From positions 193,167-257,166 of IMG/VR virus record IMGVR_UViG_3300042455_001086: DNA of 64,000 nucleotides; one strand, given 5' to 3'. Below are positions 50,190 through 59,729 of the stretch, one piece after another. Every line of letters begins with the position of its first letter. Position 1 is the stretch's first letter. The position numbers and the translations under genes were made by a program. Under the pieces are notes generated by a model. That model was not told the DNA's origin. It saw only the letters and a program-made list of their open reading frames with translations, and made no database searches.

Positions 50190-52982
50190 TTATGAAATAA
50201 ATTTTTGCATATATGGATCAACATTATCATACATATGATATGGTGAAATGCCAACTTTTTCCCAGAATACAACCTCATCATCCGACATTTCCATAACATC
50301 CTCTAATTTATCCTGATCTTTTTCATCAAAAGGAACACCATTTATTAACTCACATTGGTCTTTAGTAAAAAATGGTCTATCTTCCGGATTTTTAACCAAT
50401 AAACCATTTCTAACTTCCTCTTTAAAACAAACAAGTAATGGTTCCACTCTTTTATTAAATGTCGCAATTGCTCTTTGGATATTATAATCACCAGTAAGTC
50501 CTGGGTTACTTTCTAATTCTTTGGGGTCAATTCTATAACAATTAAGTTGTATAACTGATCCCACTATATCTGGATTAACTTTTGAATTTGAGAAAAAAGT
50601 TTTTAGTTGTTCTTCATTCCACCCTTTCTTTGGTTGATTTACTTTCTGAACATCTCCGTGTGATGCTTTTGTTCCGTTATTCACATAATAAATTACATCA
50701 CCAAGACTAACATTAAGGCCTTCTTTAATTACAAGTTCCATATGTGCTTGTCTTGACATTTCAGCCCCAGCTTTTGTTTTGGTTTTACTTCTTTTGATGT
50801 AATCATCAATGGTTTGTTTAATCTTTGCCTTGTTTGCAATATCCATCAAAGGAATCTTTTGGTCAAATATTTTTTGTAGATATTCGTAATACCATTCAAC
50901 AAACCCTTGTCCATCACCATTAAGTAAAAGTTTAATTCCTTTGTCCAAAAACAATTCAATATATTTTGGCATCTTTTTAGATTTAATCGAATTTCCCGTA
51001 AGTTTAACCTTACCTTTATCCGTTAATAAAGCATAGTTCTTACGAGCAAGGTTTATACACGCTGGCCAACAGCCGTCTATATCTAAGCCCATCTTTCCAC
51101 GCATACACATATCATTAAATTCCGCAACATCAGCGTCAGCACCAAGATATTCTTTACCTTCCTTTACCAACCAGTTAAGACCTTTACCAATATATTTTTT
51201 GTTTTCCATTCCTTCTGGTGTTATAAAATTAATACCATCAGTATCTAAAATTGTTATTTGATACCCCCTTTCAGTAAAAAAATGAATCATCATTCTTAAA
51301 TATTGTCTTCCAGTGGTAGTAATCATTTCACCCTTGTCCATATCACCCCAAGGAAATACTTGTGGTGCTGACAAAGCACCAAAAAGTGAATTGATAAATA
51401 TTTTTACGGGTAATTGGAAATTATCATATTTTTGTGAAATTTTCTTATCTTTTGTTTTCCACTCGGCGGATAGATTCTTATACATAATACGAGTATCCCT
51501 AAAATAAGATAATAAACCTTTCATTACACCAGTTATATCCGATTCTGGGAATACATCGTGTGTTAATTGTATTGATGGATATAGTGATGAGTAGTCAAGT
51601 TTTAATACATCCTTTGAGTATCCAGTTTTAAGTAATCTTGACAATCCACCAACAAAGTTTCTTTTTTCTTTTTTTGCTGGAATTGCAAGACCATTCTTAT
51701 ACGACCAGGCAAGCATTACAAGTTTCCAGATTGTGGCGGTTCCCATCGTTGAAACCCTCTCATATGTTGTTGGAAGAAGTGATGCAAGAAGAAAAGATCC
51801 TTGGTTGAACTCTTCATCAACAAGTAAAGTTTCTTCCAAGTCATCGTCCAAGTAACGCTCCACAATATCATCACCGGTTGTTTGAATATAAATGTCAGTT
51901 CTTCTTGAACATACCTCATCTATTTTTTCATCAATACCAACTTTCTTATATTTTCCGTTTTCAATGTTTAACCAGTATAGGTTTTTTTCCTTGTATAAAG
52001 AACCAATCTTGTCGTGGTCAATATACACACGATCACTAGCTTCAGCATCAATAAATTTTGTGATGTATTTAAGTCCGGCTTCTTTGATTGAGGAATTAAT
52101 TGCTTGAGCTCTACGAACTGAATGTATGATGTCAATAATGTTATAACCCCACATTTGAGTTTGGGTAAAACTCTCAACTTCGTTTCCTAATTTTAATATT
52201 GATTCTTTTTGTGTGATTGATCTTTCACCGTGAAGTGACTTTGCAACTTTCTTTATATCAAGATTTAAAATCTTACATCTTTCATAAATCCAGTACCAGT
52301 CAAAGTTTGCTGAGTTATACCCAGAAATAATTGATGGTTTTATTTCATCTATAATTTTAAAGAACTCAACAATACCTTTTCTTTCTTCGTCATCAGTTGA
52401 ACACTCAATTACTTTACTATAACCCTTATTTGTTTTAATCCCAATCATAAAGATTCTCCCATCTCTAGGTTCTAGAGATGTGGTCTCAAGGTCAAATACA
52501 AGTCGCGTGATGTCGTTGTAGTCTTCAAATCCTTTGAATAATCTCTTTTCTTTTGAGACTAAGAATTGTTCTGTTGGTGTAAGCATTAAGAATTTATCTC
52601 TTACCTTTTCACCCCATGGATCAATTCCACCATCTCTAAAAAATTGTGTAAGTGCTCTATATCCTTTTAAAGATTTAACAAGGAATGTTAAACCGTTTTC
52701 TAATTGTTCATTTCCGTCTGTTCTTAATTTTTCTATAATAATACCATACTTGGTCATCGCTTCTTTTTGTAAAGCCTTTGATCCTTGGTAAAAGTTTAAC
52801 CCTCTTAAATCACCAACCCAAGCAAATGCAATTAAGCTATCTCTTACAATTGATTTTCCTTTTCCCGGTATTTCTTTGATTTTATAAATGTGGTCTTTTT
52901 GATAATCAAACTCTATTGCCACAATGTGTTCTTCTGGGTCGTTTCCTTCTAGAAACGATTTAATTTCTTCTGCTGTAATCAT
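50190..52982 (-). CDS. Family B DNA polymerase
   Basis: Exo FDLETT, GYNSANFD; pol LDYSSLYPS, KIFINSLFG, DTDG, KNYA. Confidence 0.93.
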   Translation of the reverse strand: MITAEEIKSFLEGNDPEEHIVAIEFDYQKDHIYKIKEIPGKGKSIVRDSLIAFAWVGDLRGLNFYQGSKALQKEAMTKYGIIIEKLRTDGNEQLENGLTFLVKSLKGYRALTQFFRDGGIDPWGEKVRDKFLMLTPTEQFLVSKEKRLFKGFEDYNDITRLVFDLETTSLEPRDGRIFMIGIKTNKGYSKVIECSTDDEERKGIVEFFKIIDEIKPSIISGYNSANFDWYWIYERCKILNLDIKKVAKSLHGERSITQKESILKLGNEVESFTQTQMWGYNIIDIIHSVRRAQAINSSIKEAGLKYITKFIDAEASDRVYIDHDKIGSLYKEKNLYWLNIENGKYKKVGIDEKIDEVCSRRTDIYIQTTGDDIVERYLDDDLEETLLVDEEFNQGSFLLASLLPTTYERVSTMGTATIWKLVMLAWSYKNGLAIPAKKEKRNFVGGLSRLLKTGYSKDVLKLDYSSLYPSIQLTHDVFPESDITGVMKGLLSYFRDTRIMYKNLSAEWKTKDKKISQKYDNFQLPVKIFINSLFGALSAPQVFPWGDMDKGEMITTTGRQYLRMMIHFFTERGYQITILDTDGINFITPEGMENKKYIGKGLNWLVKEGKEYLGADADVAEFNDMCMRGKMGLDIDGCWPACINLARKNYALLTDKGKVKLTGNSIKSKKMPKYIELFLDKGIKLLLNGDGQGFVEWYYEYLQKIFDQKIPLMDIANKAKIKQTIDDYIKRSKTKTKAGAEMSRQAHMELVIKEGLNVSLGDVIYYVNNGTKASHGDVQKVNQPKKGWNEEQLKTFFSNSKVNPDIVGSVIQLNCYRIDPKELESNPGLTGDYNIQRAIATFNKRVEPLLVCFKEEVRNGLLVKNPEDRPFFTKDQCELINGVPFDEKDQDKLEDVMEMSDDEVVFWEKVGISPYHMYDNVDPYMQKFIS

Positions 52983-52991
52983 AATATATTT

Positions 52992-53040
52992 TTGAGTGGT
53001 TCATTTGCTGTCGTGTCAAACGACATTTACCTTACCCCAA
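52992..53040 (-). promoter_or_regulatory. Structured 5' leader of DNA polymerase gene
   Basis: TGTCGT-TTGAC-ACGACA hairpin between TATTTAT motif and ATG. Confidence 0.4.
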
Positions 53041-53091
53041 TAAATATATTGGATTGGTTGTGTATTGTCAAATAAAAAATTTAATATATAT

Positions 53092-54672
53092 TTATGAATG
53101 TGTTATAATCCAGTTATATGGGGATCCGGTTAAAAAATTTCTTGCGGCAATTCCATCGTAACCACCTGAACTAGCATCTGGTGCGCCGTTTGTTCCCCCT
53201 ATTTTTAAATTAATATTTGACCATCCGGTCGGATTGTAAGTAGCGTTTCCACTAAAATCGACCAAAATGTGGTTTACATCAGAAGATGACATATTATTAT
53301 CATATAATCCAATAATAGGTCTCCCTTGTGTTGCCCCTGATATTAATGTGGCTCCTGATAATGGTTTAAAATCAACATAATCTAAATTACAGTCAAACAT
53401 TCTAAAAGCCGAGAACGAATCGTTATTACTAGTATTTCTAAAAAAAGTATTGACGTTAGGAAAAATAACATTAGTTAAATTATCATTACCGCTAACTTGG
53501 ATATACCCTGTCGAAGCGGAGCTTGACCCACCTAATTTTGTTAAATTTGTTAAATTCAAATTTCCGGTTAGGTTACAATTATTAGCCAAATAAGACGTAA
53601 AATTTTGTGATGATTGTGTATGCGTTATATTTGTTAAACCGGTATTATTATATATCGAAAAATTACCACCCAAACCTGATAATGGTGTTAAATCTAAATT
53701 TCCTGTTAAATTACAAGAATGCACAGAATAATTACTAAAATTTTGTGATGATTGTGTATGTGTAATACCAGTTAAATTGGAATTAGAATGAGCTTGAAAA
53801 TTACCACCCAATCCTGATAATGGTGTTAAATCTAAATTTCCTGTTAAATTACAAGAATACACAGAATAAGACGTAAAATTTCGTGATGATTGTGTATGTG
53901 TAATACCAGTTAAATTGGGATTACTATAAGATCTAAAATCACCACCCAAACCTGATAATGGCGTTAAATCTAAATTTCCTGTTAGGTTACAATTATTAGC
54001 CCAATATCTTGTAAAATTTTGTGATGATGGTGAATGTGTAATACCAGTTAAGTTTAAGTTATTATTAACATAAAATTCACCTCCCAAACCAGATAATGGT
54101 GTTAAATCTAAATTTCCTGTTAAATTACAAGAATACACAGAATAAGACGTAAAATTTCGTGATGATTGTGTATGTGTAATACCAGTTAAATTGGAATTAT
54201 TCTGAGTTTGAAAATCGCCACCCAAACCTGATAATGGTGTTAAATCTAAATTTCCTGTTAAATTACAAGAATACACAGAATAAGTACTAAAATTTTGTGA
54301 TGATGATGAATGTGTTATTCCTGTCAATCTTGGGTTATTTGAAACAATAAAAACCCCACCCAAACCTAATAATGGTGTTAAATCTAATTTACCATATATG
54401 TTATCATTAAATAAATTAAATCCATTAATGTTACTAAAACTATTACCTCTCATTTGAATGGTTCTAATTTCTGTGTCAGCAGAAAACCCACTATATGTGA
54501 TTGAATTTCCGGCTGTTTGTGTAATATTTGTCCCATTATTAAGTTTCCAAGAAACCCTTCTTGAACCACTACTAAATGTAACATCCGGATCAAATGATGT
54601 TGTTGACCCACTTTTTTGAAATGTCAGTACTTGACCTATATTATTTCTTGATGTAAATTGTTGCCTACTCAT
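53092..54672 (-). CDS. LRR-like solenoid protein (putative adhesin/receptor-binding)
   Basis: Six 46-aa tandem units GNLDLTPLSGLGGxFxxxxNxNLTGITHxxSSxNFxxYxxxxCNLT. Confidence 0.75.
   Translation of the reverse strand: MSRQQFTSRNNIGQVLTFQKSGSTTSFDPDVTFSSGSRRVSWKLNNGTNITQTAGNSITYSGFSADTEIRTIQMRGNSFSNINGFNLFNDNIYGKLDLTPLLGLGGVFIVSNNPRLTGITHSSSSQNFSTYSVYSCNLTGNLDLTPLSGLGGDFQTQNNSNLTGITHTQSSRNFTSYSVYSCNLTGNLDLTPLSGLGGEFYVNNNLNLTGITHSPSSQNFTRYWANNCNLTGNLDLTPLSGLGGDFRSYSNPNLTGITHTQSSRNFTSYSVYSCNLTGNLDLTPLSGLGGNFQAHSNSNLTGITHTQSSQNFSNYSVHSCNLTGNLDLTPLSGLGGNFSIYNNTGLTNITHTQSSQNFTSYLANNCNLTGNLNLTNLTKLGGSSSASTGYIQVSGNDNLTNVIFPNVNTFFRNTSNNDSFSAFRMFDCNLDYVDFKPLSGATLISGATQGRPIIGLYDNNMSSSDVNHILVDFSGNATYNPTGWSNINLKIGGTNGAPDASSGGYDGIAARNFLTGSPYNWIITHS
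53560..54395 (-). repeat. 138-bp tandem coding repeat, about 6 copies
   Basis: aatctaaatttcctgtta recurs at 53691, 53829, 53967, 54105, 54243. Confidence 0.9.
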
Positions 54673-54681
54673 AATTAAATT

Positions 54682-55581
54682 TTAGGCATAGTCATTACCA
54701 ACTGTCCAATACATTGTTGTTCCGTTGTATGTAAATGTTATTATATCGGTAGCATTTGCATTTGATGTCAATATTATACCACCACCTCCGTTTGCAACAC
54801 TATGTGTTACCACACCACCATTAACATTACCTAAACTTAATGTTCTTCCACCAACAGCGTCTTGTGTGACAATTAAAGTCCCGTATTCGCCATTTCTTAC
54901 ATTTGTTAATGTTAATGTTGTGTTTGCTGTCAATGTTACTTGATAATTTGTGCTAACACCAGAAACATTCCAGTTGAATGAAGTTCCGGTTGAACCGATG
55001 TTGGTATATGAACTAATTGGTGTCCCAGTAACCGATATTGTGAAGTTTCCATTAGTTCCACTTATTGCAATATTATTACCAGGAGTTAAACCACTAATTG
55101 GTAAATTTTGATATGTTGTAGCACTTATTGTTGTAGCTGTTAAACCTTGTAAAGAAGTATTACCAGTTACAGTTAAGTTTCCATTAACATTTAATGTATT
55201 TGCACTTAGTCCACCAGTAAAATTCGTTTCACCACTTACAGTTCCACCAGTAAATGATGTTCCGGTTGATCCTGTGAAATTAACACCAAAGTTAGGATAT
55301 GTTCCAGTAATACTTAAATTGGTTCCTCCACTAATACTTACAACCTGATCTGGACTTGTATTTGTTATTGTAAAGTTAGGATATGTTCCTCCAGTTAATA
55401 TTCCAGTTCCTCCAGATATTGATACTGTATTTCCGGAATTTATATATGTTTTTAAGTTTGTAATTGTTGTTTGACTTGTTGTTCCACTCAAAACCGTGTA
55501 ATTTACAATTGGTAATATATCTGTTGGTGTATATTGTACACTACTAACAGAAGGTAATTGTGATATTTTTTTATTTGCCAT
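54682..55581 (-). CDS. Gly/Thr-rich fibre-like virion protein
   Basis: MANKKISQLP start, ISGGT..GTYPNF repeats, TATTISATTYQNLP module. Confidence 0.6.
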   Translation of the reverse strand: MANKKISQLPSVSSVQYTPTDILPIVNYTVLSGTTSQTTITNLKTYINSGNTVSISGGTGILTGGTYPNFTITNTSPDQVVSISGGTNLSITGTYPNFGVNFTGSTGTSFTGGTVSGETNFTGGLSANTLNVNGNLTVTGNTSLQGLTATTISATTYQNLPISGLTPGNNIAISGTNGNFTISVTGTPISSYTNIGSTGTSFNWNVSGVSTNYQVTLTANTTLTLTNVRNGEYGTLIVTQDAVGGRTLSLGNVNGGVVTHSVANGGGGIILTSNANATDIITFTYNGTTMYWTVGNDYA

Positions 55582-55606
55582 AATTTTTTTTTATAAATAC
55601 TTGTTT

Positions 55607-56734
55607 TTATGAAGATATTTCTGTCGCAAAGCAAATTTCTCCTTTTTCTCTAATTAATCTTTCCATATCATTGAAGGAAATATAAGCTGTGCCATTTATA
55701 CCCCAACTTCTACCCCAACTATTTTTCATTCTAAATATTCTTTTTCTTGTGTCAACACCATTTATCACATAGGCATGACCTCCAAGTAAAGGACCACCAA
55801 TTCTTATATTTCCATTTCTATCTGGAAAGAACATATTTCTATACCAATTTGTCCCAACCACTACCGGTCCAATATTTAAAACAGAATCAATTAATGTTTG
55901 AAGTGTATAACCCCAATAATAATTTCTTACCTTACCTACTTGTTGTAGATATTTTACACCACCCCTTACCGAAGTTCCATTATAGTTTTCACCTGGCCAT
56001 TCATCAAGTTTTTGAGCGTTTTCATAAATTATTTTAGGTTGAATGATTGGCGCAACACCTGGTTGTCCAATTGGACCGTCTTCCAACCAATGAGCCCAAG
56101 AAAAACCAACACAATGCGGTGTATTTCCTTGATTTCCCCACCATCCATTATCATCCCAATATCTTGATGTTATTGTCACCCTTGATCTTGATGAGGTTAA
56201 AAGGTGGTTTTCAATTAAATAATTATTATCCCGTTCATCTGGCTTATGTGTTCTACCAAGTGGAAATTCTGTTTCGACAACTGTTGTTGTTGCTGTTACT
56301 GGAATAACTGGTGTTGAAACACAACAAGGAAATTCTGAAACATAACAACTTTCATATGGTAAATCATCACCTATAAAACTTTCTTGGATATTAATATATA
56401 ATTTTTCTCTTATCGGTAAAATTAAAACACCCTCGTTCTCGGTTCTAAATAAAAACTGACCTTCAAATCTCCCAACCTTATTTGTGTCTTTTGACTGGAA
56501 TTGGTAATAAACATAATACTCAACCGGAGCATTTGGATCCGTAAATTCTTTTTTTGTGAAACCAGCCGGCCTTGTCACTATTTTTGGAATTCCGGTTTCA
56601 ACATCTGACATTGAAAAGAATATTGCTGATTCCTCAATGAAATTCATAAAACTATTGTAGTCACTTCTACCGTCTTTTACCACTTGAATTTTTAACAATG
56701 GTAATGTTGCGTTCTTTTTAATATAAAATTCCAT
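55607..56734 (-). CDS. BppU-like N-terminal domain fused to papain-family (C1A) cysteine peptidase
   Basis: NQGNTPHCVGFS (Gln, Cys), GGHAYVI (His), KNSWG..WG (Asn); N-term FYIKKNATLP..YQFQSKDT..GRFEGQF. Confidence 0.75.
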   Translation of the reverse strand: MEFYIKKNATLPLLKIQVVKDGRSDYNSFMNFIEESAIFFSMSDVETGIPKIVTRPAGFTKKEFTDPNAPVEYYVYYQFQSKDTNKVGRFEGQFLFRTENEGVLILPIREKLYINIQESFIGDDLPYESCYVSEFPCCVSTPVIPVTATTTVVETEFPLGRTHKPDERDNNYLIENHLLTSSRSRVTITSRYWDDNGWWGNQGNTPHCVGFSWAHWLEDGPIGQPGVAPIIQPKIIYENAQKLDEWPGENYNGTSVRGGVKYLQQVGKVRNYYWGYTLQTLIDSVLNIGPVVVGTNWYRNMFFPDRNGNIRIGGPLLGGHAYVINGVDTRKRIFRMKNSWGRSWGINGTAYISFNDMERLIREKGEICFATEISS

Positions 56735-56764
56735 TTATTGTTTTTACAATAAATATTAGTTTTC

Positions 56765-57862
56765 CTATAATATAATTTCTTCTTTACATTTTTTTAATGC
56801 ACATTCTATTACTTGGTGCATATCATAGTATTTATATTCCGCCAATCTACCACCAAAAATTATATTTTCTTCTTTGTCGGCTAATGTTTTATACTGACTA
56901 TATTTGAAATTGTTTTCTTGATCATTGACAGGATAATAAGGTTCTGTTTTTTTTGCTGAATAGTCTGTTGGATATTCCCAACTAACCCAACTCACATTTG
57001 ATTCGGTTTTTTCAAAATGTTTATGTTCTATAATTCTCGTAAATGAAACTTCGGAATCCGTGAAGTTCATCATAGCACACCCTTGATAATTCTCAGTTTC
57101 AAATTTCTTGTGATTAAATTCTGTTGTTTTATATTCCAATTCTCCAAATTTATAGTTATAGAAAGCATCTATTGGACCTGTGTATATTATTTTTTTTGTA
57201 ACTGAATTCCAATATTCTTTATCCGATAAGTAATCCACATTTAATTTTACCTCAATTCCATCTAATAATTTTTCAAATATTTGGGTATAACCACCTATTG
57301 GTATTCCTTGATACTTGTCATTAAAATAATTATTATCGTATGTAAATCTAACTGGTAGTCTTTTTATTATTTCTTTTGGTAATAATCTAGGATCTTTTTT
57401 CCATTGTTTAGTTGTATAACCTTTTATTAGTTTTTCATAAACATCTCTACCAACCAACTTTATGGCTTGTTCTTCCAAGTTTTTTGGTTCTATAATTTCA
57501 CTACCTTGTTCTTCTATTATTTTTTTTGCTTCACTTGGTTGTGTAATATTCCATAATTTTGAGAATGTCCACATATTAAAAGGTAATGAGTAAATTTCAT
57601 TTTTATAATTTGCAACAGCTCTTAGTGTGAAATCATTGAAGGAAACGAATTGATTTATCCATTCCCAAACTTCATCATTAGAGGTGTGAAAAATGTGGGG
57701 ACCATAATCGTGAACATTAATACCATCTCTGTTAGATGTATAGCAATTTCCACCAATGTGGTTGCGTTTTTCTAATACTAAACAATTATATCCTTTTTTT
57801 GTAAGTTCGTGAGCACAAATAGAACCGAAAAATCCAGAACCAACAATTATATAATCATACAT
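56765..57862 (-). CDS. glf: UDP-galactopyranose mutase
   Basis: GSGFFG, HIGGNC, HDYGPHIFHT, YQGIP, EPYYP, GRLAEYKYYDMHQVI. Confidence 0.95.
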   Translation of the reverse strand: MYDYIIVGSGFFGSICAHELTKKGYNCLVLEKRNHIGGNCYTSNRDGINVHDYGPHIFHTSNDEVWEWINQFVSFNDFTLRAVANYKNEIYSLPFNMWTFSKLWNITQPSEAKKIIEEQGSEIIEPKNLEEQAIKLVGRDVYEKLIKGYTTKQWKKDPRLLPKEIIKRLPVRFTYDNNYFNDKYQGIPIGGYTQIFEKLLDGIEVKLNVDYLSDKEYWNSVTKKIIYTGPIDAFYNYKFGELEYKTTEFNHKKFETENYQGCAMMNFTDSEVSFTRIIEHKHFEKTESNVSWVSWEYPTDYSAKKTEPYYPVNDQENNFKYSQYKTLADKEENIIFGGRLAEYKYYDMHQVIECALKKCKEEIIL

Positions 57863-57865
57863 AAA

Positions 57866-58555
57866 TTATTTTCTTATAAAGTGATAATCAGCATCAGGAC
57901 CATTACCACAAAAATATTTATTATTACTTTTATTTGAAACAAGCTCGAAACCTAAAGATTCTATAAAGGGAATTGATTCATCTATTTTTTTAGCACCTAA
58001 ATTATATTCAACATGTTGTAATTCCACAATCATATGTTTAACATTTTTGAGTGTTTCTTTCATTCCTTTTAAAATATCAATTTCGGCACCTTGAACATCA
58101 ATTTTCACAAAGTCAGGTAATCTGAATTTTTGATTAAATACAATAGTGTCTATTTTTTTTGTCAGTCTTATTTCATAAGATTTTTCATCATATATGTTTT
58201 TAGCCGCGGGAGAAAAAATTTCATTTTCTTTATAATAAGAATTACCACCCAAATAAAGTGGGTGATTATAAAATATTAATTCTTTATCGTCCATATCACT
58301 AAAAACATTCAAAGAAAATGTAGAACCATATTCCAAATAAAATTCTTCAACTTGTAAAACTGCTTCAAAATTATAATATATTGAATTAGACCATATTTTT
58401 TTAGCCTCTTTAGTCCAATGAAGAACCGCAGAACCTATGTCATAAATAACTTTAGGATAGTAATCAATTGATTTCAGGTACTCAATATGTTGAATTGGGA
58501 TACTAGAATCATTATGTAATCTCCAATAGTAATCTGTGTAATCTCTATTACCCAT
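57866..58555 (-). CDS. FkbM-family SAM-dependent methyltransferase
   Basis: IYDIGS, FEA, DFVKIDVQGAEIDILKG, IVEL. Confidence 0.85.
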   Translation of the reverse strand: MGNRDYTDYYWRLHNDSSIPIQHIEYLKSIDYYPKVIYDIGSAVLHWTKEAKKIWSNSIYYNFEAVLQVEEFYLEYGSTFSLNVFSDMDDKELIFYNHPLYLGGNSYYKENEIFSPAAKNIYDEKSYEIRLTKKIDTIVFNQKFRLPDFVKIDVQGAEIDILKGMKETLKNVKHMIVELQHVEYNLGAKKIDESIPFIESLGFELVSNKSNNKYFCGNGPDADYHFIRK

Positions 58556-59729
58556 TCAATAAACTATTAATAAAATTTGTCCACATATCTCCTACTTTAT
58601 TTTTGTTGAATTTTTCTAAAATATAATCTTTTCCATTTTCTATTATTTTATTTTTAAATTCTGGATTTTCTTCTAAAAAATTTACTTTGGATACGATATT
58701 ATCAGAATATTTAAAAATACCATCAATGTCTTTTGATAAAGGTTCGTTTTGCATCTTATTTGGGTCTGAACCCGGAGGAAAATTCAACCAAGCGCAATAC
58801 CCATCAAAATTTTCAGGTAAAGCACCTAATGGATATGTCACCGGAATACAACCTAACGCAATAGCTTCTGCAACAACACAAGAAAAAGTGTCTTTATGAA
58901 CATCTTGATATGGTGTATATAGAGGATAAATAAAATATTCACTTTCGGCCAAATGTGTAAATAATGTTTTTTTATCCACACTATTATGTAGTTTAAAAAA
59001 AGAATCTGAATGTGCGTGTGTTGCCAATAAATAATCAAAGGCGTGGAATTCACAATCCTTGAAATTTAATTTTCTAACCGCTTCCACCGCAACATCACCA
59101 CCTCTTGCCCATGCTGCATGAAAAATAAATTTATGTTTTTTCTTTTTTGGGTTATTTAATAATACTTCATTTATTACATCATCCATTATTGGGTTTGGTA
59201 TTATTGTTGAAATTGTATCTTTACAATTATTTAATAAACTATTAACCACATTTTGGTTCATTTTTTTCTCCCATTCAGATATATTCACAATGCCTAATTT
59301 TAAATTATTGGTATTTACAAAATCAATGATTTCACCCACCCCATATATCCATTGCATATGAGACCAATAAATTAAACCTTTTGAAATTTTGATTGGGATA
59401 TTTTTATAATCAACAAACCATAAACTACTTACTAATATGTCAAATTCTTTGTTTGGTACATTAGTGAAATGTATATCAGTATAACACACGCCTCTTACAT
59501 TCTTTCCAGGTTCAAAACCCAACCCTAATGATTCTAATTTTTTATCTAAATGAGGTTCTAATCTTTCTGATGCAAACACAACTTCATGTCCTTGACTTGC
59601 AAGATATTCGGCAATTAAAATAGAACTTGTATCAGTTCCAGATCCTCCACCACCACCATATCTTAATGTTTCACCATTCAAGTAATTACTTCTTCTACTA
59701 TTTCCTATGACTATAAATGCTATTCTCAT
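58548..59729 (-). CDS. GT-B glycosyltransferase (GT4-like)
   Basis: GGGSGTD..LASQGHEV, DTFSCVVAEAIALGCIPVTYPLGALPE. Confidence 0.8.
   Translation of the reverse strand: MRIAFIVIGNSRRSNYLNGETLRYGGGGGSGTDTSSILIAEYLASQGHEVVFASERLEPHLDKKLESLGLGFEPGKNVRGVCYTDIHFTNVPNKEFDILVSSLWFVDYKNIPIKISKGLIYWSHMQWIYGVGEIIDFVNTNNLKLGIVNISEWEKKMNQNVVNSLLNNCKDTISTIIPNPIMDDVINEVLLNNPKKKKHKFIFHAAWARGGDVAVEAVRKLNFKDCEFHAFDYLLATHAHSDSFFKLHNSVDKKTLFTHLAESEYFIYPLYTPYQDVHKDTFSCVVAEAIALGCIPVTYPLGALPENFDGYCAWLNFPPGSDPNKMQNEPLSKDIDGIFKYSDNIVSKVNFLEENPEFKNKIIENGKDYILEKFNKNKVGDMWTNFINSLLNG

Noticed and set aside
53560-54395. Repeat/variable pattern as a CRISPR array or DGR target
   Set aside because: 138-bp in-frame coding units with short variable windows, no unique 30-40 bp spacers, no cas or reverse transcriptase in window, variation not adenine-specific
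53092-54672. Dense N-x-S/T sequons in the LRR protein as N-glycosylation sites
   Set aside because: Explained by the LRR asparagine ladder (NLT/NFT); no oligosaccharyltransferase seen
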